DNA of 64,000 bases. Origin: Spirochaetia bacterium (GTDB lineage: Bacteria; Spirochaetota; Spirochaetia; SZUA-6; Bin103). The stretch spans positions 96,001-160,000 of the forward strand of contig CBDBOV010000006.1 of NCBI GenBank assembly GCA_965208575.1, written 5' to 3'. Both the position numbers and the translations under genes were made by a program. The notes beneath the pieces were generated by a model. The model did no database searches. It was not told the DNA's origin and was given only the letters and a program-made list of their open reading frames with translations. Positions 59,137 through 64,000 of the stretch are shown here, one piece after another (the first letter of the stretch is position 1; every line of letters starts with the position of its first letter).

Positions 59137-60213
59137 ATGAGAGAGGGTCTCCACAGCGCCTCTCAATCGCGGCTGATCTGGCGCAAGTTCAAGAAGAGCC
59201 GCGTCGCGGTGGGTTCGGCGATTGTCATCGTCCTGTTCTACCTGATGGCCGCCTTTGCCGAGTTCGTGACGCCCTACGATCCCGGCGCGCGTGACATGAA
59301 TCATCCGTCAGCCCCGCCCATGATGGTGCGCATTGTCGGCGATGGGCGCTTGCAGATGCCGTTCGTGTATGGCCTGAAGAAGGACACGGGCACGTACGCG
59401 CGCAGGTACGTCGTGGACAAGACCAGGAAGTATCCGCTTGCCTTGTTCGTGCGCGGAGACAGATACCGGATGTGGGGCGTGGTGAACAGCGACCTGCACC
59501 TGTTCGGAACGCCGCATGACACCCGAGTCTACCTGTTTGGCACCGACAAGGACGGACGCGACCTGCTGTCACGGATCATCCACGGGGCGCGGCTGTCGCT
59601 GTCGATAGGGTTCGTCGGCGTCGCGATAAGCTTCTCGATCGGCATTGTGCTGGGATCGATATCCGGCTACTTCGGGGGAGTCGTGGACATGGTCATTCAG
59701 CGATTCATCGAGATTCTGAGCTCCATTCCGACGCTTCCGTTATGGATGGGGCTGAGCGCCTCCCTGCCCCTGCGCTGGTCCGTAATCGAGGTGTTCTTCG
59801 CCATTTCGGTGATCCTGTCGTTGCTGGGTTGGCCGGAGATGGCGCGCGTGGTGCGAGGCAAGTTCCTGGCGCTGCGGTCGGAGGACTTCATCGTTTCCGC
59901 GCGCCTGGACGGGGTCCGCACCAGCGGTCTCATGTTTCGTCACATGCTGCCGCTGTTCCTCAGCCACATCATTGCGGCGGCGACGTTGGCGATTCCGGGC
60001 ATGATCCTGGCCGAGACCAGCCTCAGCTTCCTGGGCATCGGGCTCAGAACACCCGCGATAAGCTGGGGCGTGCTGCTGCAGGCGGCTCAGAACACGGAAA
60101 CGGTGGCCTCGGCGCCGTGGCTGTTCATTCCCGGCGCGTTCGTGGTGGTCGCCGTACTCGGCTTCAACTTCCTCGGCGATGGGCTTCGCGATGCCGCCGA
60201 TCCCTACAAGTAG
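59137..60213 (+). CDS. ABC permease C (module 2)
   Basis: GTDKDGRDLLSR, DAADPYK. Confidence 0.92.
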   Translation: MREGLHSASQSRLIWRKFKKSRVAVGSAIVIVLFYLMAAFAEFVTPYDPGARDMNHPSAPPMMVRIVGDGRLQMPFVYGLKKDTGTYARRYVVDKTRKYPLALFVRGDRYRMWGVVNSDLHLFGTPHDTRVYLFGTDKDGRDLLSRIIHGARLSLSIGFVGVAISFSIGIVLGSISGYFGGVVDMVIQRFIEILSSIPTLPLWMGLSASLPLRWSVIEVFFAISVILSLLGWPEMARVVRGKFLALRSEDFIVSARLDGVRTSGLMFRHMLPLFLSHIIAAATLAIPGMILAETSLSFLGIGLRTPAISWGVLLQAAQNTETVASAPWLFIPGAFVVVAVLGFNFLGDGLRDAADPYK

Positions 60214-60295
60214 CACCTCCGCCGCTCGGCCGCTCTCGGCCGCGCAGCGAGTTGACACCGTATAGCCCGCGTGCAGAATTGAATTGGAGCGCGCG

Positions 60296-61306
60296 GTGGA
60301 CGACAAGCTGCTGGAAGTGAAAGACCTGTCCATTTCGTTCCCGACCGAGGCGGGGGTGATCCGGGCGGTCAACGAGGTGTCGTTCGAGGTGCCGCGGCGC
60401 ACCACCGTCGGCGTGGTGGGCGAGAGCGGCTGCGGCAAGTCGGTCACCGCACGCGCGCTGCTCAACATCGTGCAGCCGCCGGGGCGCATCGACGGAGGCC
60501 AGGTGCTGTTCCACGGCGACGACGACGCGGGCGAGCCGGTCGACCTGCTGTCGATGGCGCCCAAGGGCGCGGCCATCCGCCACTTCCGCGGCAAGCGCAT
60601 CGCCATGATCTTCCAGGATCCGATGACCTGCCTGAGCCCGGTGCACACGGTGGGCAACCAGATCGCCGAGTCTATCCGCATCCACGACCGCGACGTATCT
60701 GCGCGCGAGGCGCGCGAGCGGGCGGTGGCGCTGCTGTCCGAGGTGGGCATCCCCAACCCGGCGGGACGCCTGGACTCCTACTCCTTCGAGCTCAGCGGCG
60801 GCATGCGGCAGCGCGCGCTGATGGCGGTGGCGCTGGCCGCGGAGCCGGAGCTGCTGATCGCGGACGAGCCCACCACCGCCATCGACGTCACCATCCAGGC
60901 CAAGTTCCTGGACCTGATTCAGCGCCTGCAGCACGAGCGCCACATGTCGATCCTGTTCATCACCCACGACCTGGGCGTGATCGCCGAGATCAGCCGCGTG
61001 GTGGTGGTGATGTACCTCGGCCGCGTGGTCGAGGTCGGCCGGGTGGAGGAGATCTACGAGCGCCCCCTGCACCCCTACACCCAGCTCCTGTTCCGGTCGA
61101 TCCCCAACGAGCACGTGCCGCGCAAGACGCCGCTGGCGCAGATCAAGGGCGTGGTGCCCGATCCGTTCTCGCGCCCCCCCGGCTGCCCGTTCAGCGACCG
61201 CTGCCCCAGCTTCGTGCAGGGCACCTGCGACGCGGCGGTGCCCCCATTGTACGAGGTGGAAGAAGACCACCACGCCCGCTGCTTCCTCTACGAGGCTGAC
61301 GCGTGA
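60296..61306 (+). CDS. Oligopeptide ABC ATPase (OppD/DppD-like)
   Basis: [33 protein letters not shown]. Confidence 0.94.
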   Translation: MDDKLLEVKDLSISFPTEAGVIRAVNEVSFEVPRRTTVGVVGESGCGKSVTARALLNIVQPPGRIDGGQVLFHGDDDAGEPVDLLSMAPKGAAIRHFRGKRIAMIFQDPMTCLSPVHTVGNQIAESIRIHDRDVSAREARERAVALLSEVGIPNPAGRLDSYSFELSGGMRQRALMAVALAAEPELLIADEPTTAIDVTIQAKFLDLIQRLQHERHMSILFITHDLGVIAEISRVVVVMYLGRVVEVGRVEEIYERPLHPYTQLLFRSIPNEHVPRKTPLAQIKGVVPDPFSRPPGCPFSDRCPSFVQGTCDAAVPPLYEVEEDHHARCFLYEADA

Positions 61307-61388
61307 GCGGCGGGCTCGTAGAGCAGGTCAGGCTGGGCGGGCGGCGGCGCCACGGGCGCCGGCGCACGGGCGACGACGAGGCCGGCGG

Positions 61389-62408
61389 GTGAGCCACAAC
61401 GCGAACGGGGCGCTGCTGGAGTTGCGGCGCCTGCGCAAGCACTTTCCGATCCAGCGCGGGGTGTTGCGGCGCACCGTGGGCTGGATCCGCGCGGTGGACG
61501 ACATCGACCTGGAGGTGAACACCGGCGAGACCGTGGGCCTGGTCGGCGAGAGCGGCTGCGGCAAGACCACCGCCCTGCGCACCATCGTGCGCGCCGTCGA
61601 GCCGACCGCCGGCGAGATTCTGTTCCGGACCAATGGCGAGATGCAGTCGATCACCGCTCTCGAATCCGACGCGTTGCGGGAGGTGCGGCAGCAGATACGG
61701 GTGATCTTTCAGGATCCTCAGTCGTCGCTCAATCCGCGCTTCAAAATCCGGGACATCATCGCCGAGCCGCTCAAGGCCTACGGCGTGACCGCCAGCCGCG
61801 GCGAGCTCGACGACATTGTCGTGGACACCATGGAGCGGGTCGGGCTCGACCGCGCCTACGTCAACCACTACCCCTACTCGCTCAGCGGCGGCCAGCGCCA
61901 GCGGGTCGGCATCGCCCGCGCCCTGACCACGAGCCCGCGCCTGATCCTGGCCGACGAGCCCACCTCTGCCCTGGACGCCAGCGTGCAGGCGCAGATCATC
62001 AACCTGCTGCTGCGCCTGCAGGAAGAGATGAGCCTGTCGATGCTGTTCGTGACCCACGACCTGAGCGTGGTGCGCCACGTCAGCGACCGCATCGCGATCA
62101 TGTACCTGGGCGAGATCGTGGAGCTGGGCGACACCGACGAGGTGTTCCGGCGCCCCCGCCACCCCTACACCGAGGCGCTGTTCGCGGCCATCCCCAAGCC
62201 CGACCCACGCCAGCCCAGCCGCCGCATCATCGTCGAGGGCGACATCCCCGACGCCGCGCACCGGCCGCCCGGCTGCCCCTTTCACCCCCGCTGCCGCTAC
62301 GCCACCGACCGGTGCTCAACCGAGAAGCCGGCTCTCGAGCACCGCGACGGCGCCCACCCCGTAGCCTGCCACTTCCCCCTCCCCCACGAAGAACCCGCCT
62401 CACCTTAG
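61389..62408 (+). CDS. Oligopeptide ABC ATPase (OppF/DppF-like)
   Basis: GESGCGKT, LSGGQRQR, DEPTSALD, GCPFHPRC. Confidence 0.94.
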   Translation: MSHNANGALLELRRLRKHFPIQRGVLRRTVGWIRAVDDIDLEVNTGETVGLVGESGCGKTTALRTIVRAVEPTAGEILFRTNGEMQSITALESDALREVRQQIRVIFQDPQSSLNPRFKIRDIIAEPLKAYGVTASRGELDDIVVDTMERVGLDRAYVNHYPYSLSGGQRQRVGIARALTTSPRLILADEPTSALDASVQAQIINLLLRLQEEMSLSMLFVTHDLSVVRHVSDRIAIMYLGEIVELGDTDEVFRRPRHPYTEALFAAIPKPDPRQPSRRIIVEGDIPDAAHRPPGCPFHPRCRYATDRCSTEKPALEHRDGAHPVACHFPLPHEEPASP

Positions 62409-62528
62409 TCCCGGGTACGAACAGATGAGTCGGCGGTCCTGACCTCGAACGATACCCATCCTGGGCAGCCATAAACGAGCCTCAACGTATGGTCGCCCTG
62501 ACGAAGCTCCGAAACGTCCCGTTATCAC
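62400..62528 (-). pseudogene. N-terminal remnant of a retropepsin-like aspartyl protease
   Basis: MITGRFGASSGRPYVEARLWLPRMG, then breaks before the expected DTG motif; typical DUF5678 neighbour. Confidence 0.45.
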
Positions 62529-62534
62529 TATTGT

Positions 62535-62801
62535 CTACAGGATCAGTGTGCGAGGTTCGCGTTCCATATAGCGAATGATCACGCGGTCGCGTGGGACGCC
62601 GCTCGCTTCCAACTCACCGATAACTTCTTCAAGGCTGGCGCCGTGAGACGCGACTCTGCCGTCATGTACCGCGACCCACTGCTGTGGGTAGTCGTTCAAT
62701 AGTTGCGTGTCAGCTTGGGACAGTACCTGGACCGACTCGGCATATGCCTGCAAGTCCTCCCAAACCCTCTGCGGGTCGCCTATGTGTTGAAGGTCAATCA
62801 T
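62535..62801 (-). CDS. DUF5678-like small protein
   Basis: LLNDYPQQWVAVHDGRVASHG. Confidence 0.7.
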   Translation of the reverse strand: MIDLQHIGDPQRVWEDLQAYAESVQVLSQADTQLLNDYPQQWVAVHDGRVASHGASLEEVIGELEASGVPRDRVIIRYMEREPRTLIL

Positions 62802-62908
62802 GGTGGTTCGTTCCTCCAGTGGCCAACTCTACGAACTATACTTGGTGATCATCTGCATGCGCAAATTGACTTGACGCCCTACGTTGCGCCGAAGGGTTCA
62901 ACGCCTCT

Positions 62909-63907
62909 CTACGCGCACACGGGTTCGGTGCCGCGCCAGCGGTGGGCCGGATTCGCCGGCGGATGGGCGGCCAACCGGTCGCGGGCGGCGTACCAGAGCC
63001 GGGCCCACGCATCCGGGTCGCGCAGCTCGCTGCCCGGATCGCGCCGGCTGCGGGCCACGAAGCCGGGGAACTCGGGGCGGCCGGTGGGCTGGCCGGTGGG
63101 GTTGTAGCGAAGGTCGAGGCTCCAGCGGATCTCGTCGCTGACGTTGGGGAGGGAGCCGTGGATGGTGTGCTTGTGCATCAGGATCACGTCGCCGGAACGC
63201 ACCGGAACGGGGGTGGCGCGGTCCAGGTCCATGAGCGTGTCGGGGATGGCCAGCGGGCGCCCCGGTATGTTCGGGCAGTGGGTGCGCAGCGCCTGCCGGT
63301 GGCTGCCGGGAATCACCTGCAGGCAGCCGCGCTCCACGGGAGCGTCGGACAGCGCGATCCATACCGTGAGCATGTCGGTGCCGTCGGCGACCGGGTCCAC
63401 CACGCCGTTGTCCTGGTGCCACGGGTTGGCGCACGCCAGCACGTCGGTGGAGCCGTCGGGGAGCAGGCGCTCTGGCGGCTTGATGCGGATGTGCTGCACC
63501 GGGTTGGAGTAGATTTCCGGGCCGATGAGGCACTCGACCAGGTCCAGAACCCGCTCGTGGGTGATGATCCGGAACACCGCCGGCCCCGCCCAGAACGGGG
63601 TGTCCGGGGTCACGCCGCGGGTCAGCAGGCTGGGGTCGAAGTAGCGGGAGTGGTCGCGCCCGGACTCGCGGTAGATACGGATCAGCCGCTCGGCGAACGC
63701 GAGATCGGTGTAGGCGGAGGCGATCTCGCCACGGTCATGCAACTCGCCCGCCAGCCGGTCGAGCACCCCGCCATACTCCGCAAACAACGGCTCGACCACC
63801 GCCGCCGGGTCCAGCACGCCCTCGACGCGCAGGTAGCCGTCACGCTCGAATCGGCTGAGTTGAGCGGAATTCAAACGGCGCCTCCCGGCCCGTGCGCCAC
63901 GGCTCAT
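62909..63907 (-). CDS. Phytanoyl-CoA dioxygenase (PhyH) family Fe/2OG oxygenase
   Basis: FERDGY, PWHQD, WIALSD...GCLQVIPGSH, IHGS, RWSLDLRY. Confidence 0.92.
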   Translation of the reverse strand: MSRGARAGRRRLNSAQLSRFERDGYLRVEGVLDPAAVVEPLFAEYGGVLDRLAGELHDRGEIASAYTDLAFAERLIRIYRESGRDHSRYFDPSLLTRGVTPDTPFWAGPAVFRIITHERVLDLVECLIGPEIYSNPVQHIRIKPPERLLPDGSTDVLACANPWHQDNGVVDPVADGTDMLTVWIALSDAPVERGCLQVIPGSHRQALRTHCPNIPGRPLAIPDTLMDLDRATPVPVRSGDVILMHKHTIHGSLPNVSDEIRWSLDLRYNPTGQPTGRPEFPGFVARSRRDPGSELRDPDAWARLWYAARDRLAAHPPANPAHRWRGTEPVCA

Positions 63908-64000
63908 CTTCGCCTCCTGCGATGACCATACCACGCCGGAGCAAGCGGGGGTCACGGGCCTCCGGGGCGGGCGCCGCGGGCGAGACCGACCCGCGGCACG

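Overview
GC-rich bacterial chromosomal window. The ABC binding-protein signal peptides (e.g. AWAGGEGE) suggest Spirochaetota, but this is a weak inference. The backbone is catabolic and transport genes: enolase-family, SDRs, a lyase, an epoxide hydrolase, an M20 peptidase, YcaQ, a PhyH dioxygenase and four peptide-type ABC modules. It is interleaved with toxin-antitoxin and defence cargo: three intact VapBC-type pairs, broken HigBA, HicB and DUF5678 modules, an IetAS-like AAA+S8 pair and an AAA/PD-(D/E)XK gene. An IS cluster holds three CTAG-flanked IS1634-family copies, a second IS1634 element, and a passenger-carrying IS3 nested in one copy. Two things stand out. (1) A low-GC coupled three-gene operon at 18914-20440 encodes a stand-alone colicin-E3-like rRNase, an acidic 105-aa partner and an HTH-less ImmA/IrrE metalloprotease, a candidate protease-triggered defence or TA system. 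(2) Cargo blocks are repeatedly bracketed by diverged direct copies of neighbouring host-gene segments (ycaQ, HAD, SGNH, Ogl-like, SBP), with no integrase in the window. No rRNA, tRNA or CRISPR array was seen. All calls were made by eye; no searches were run.
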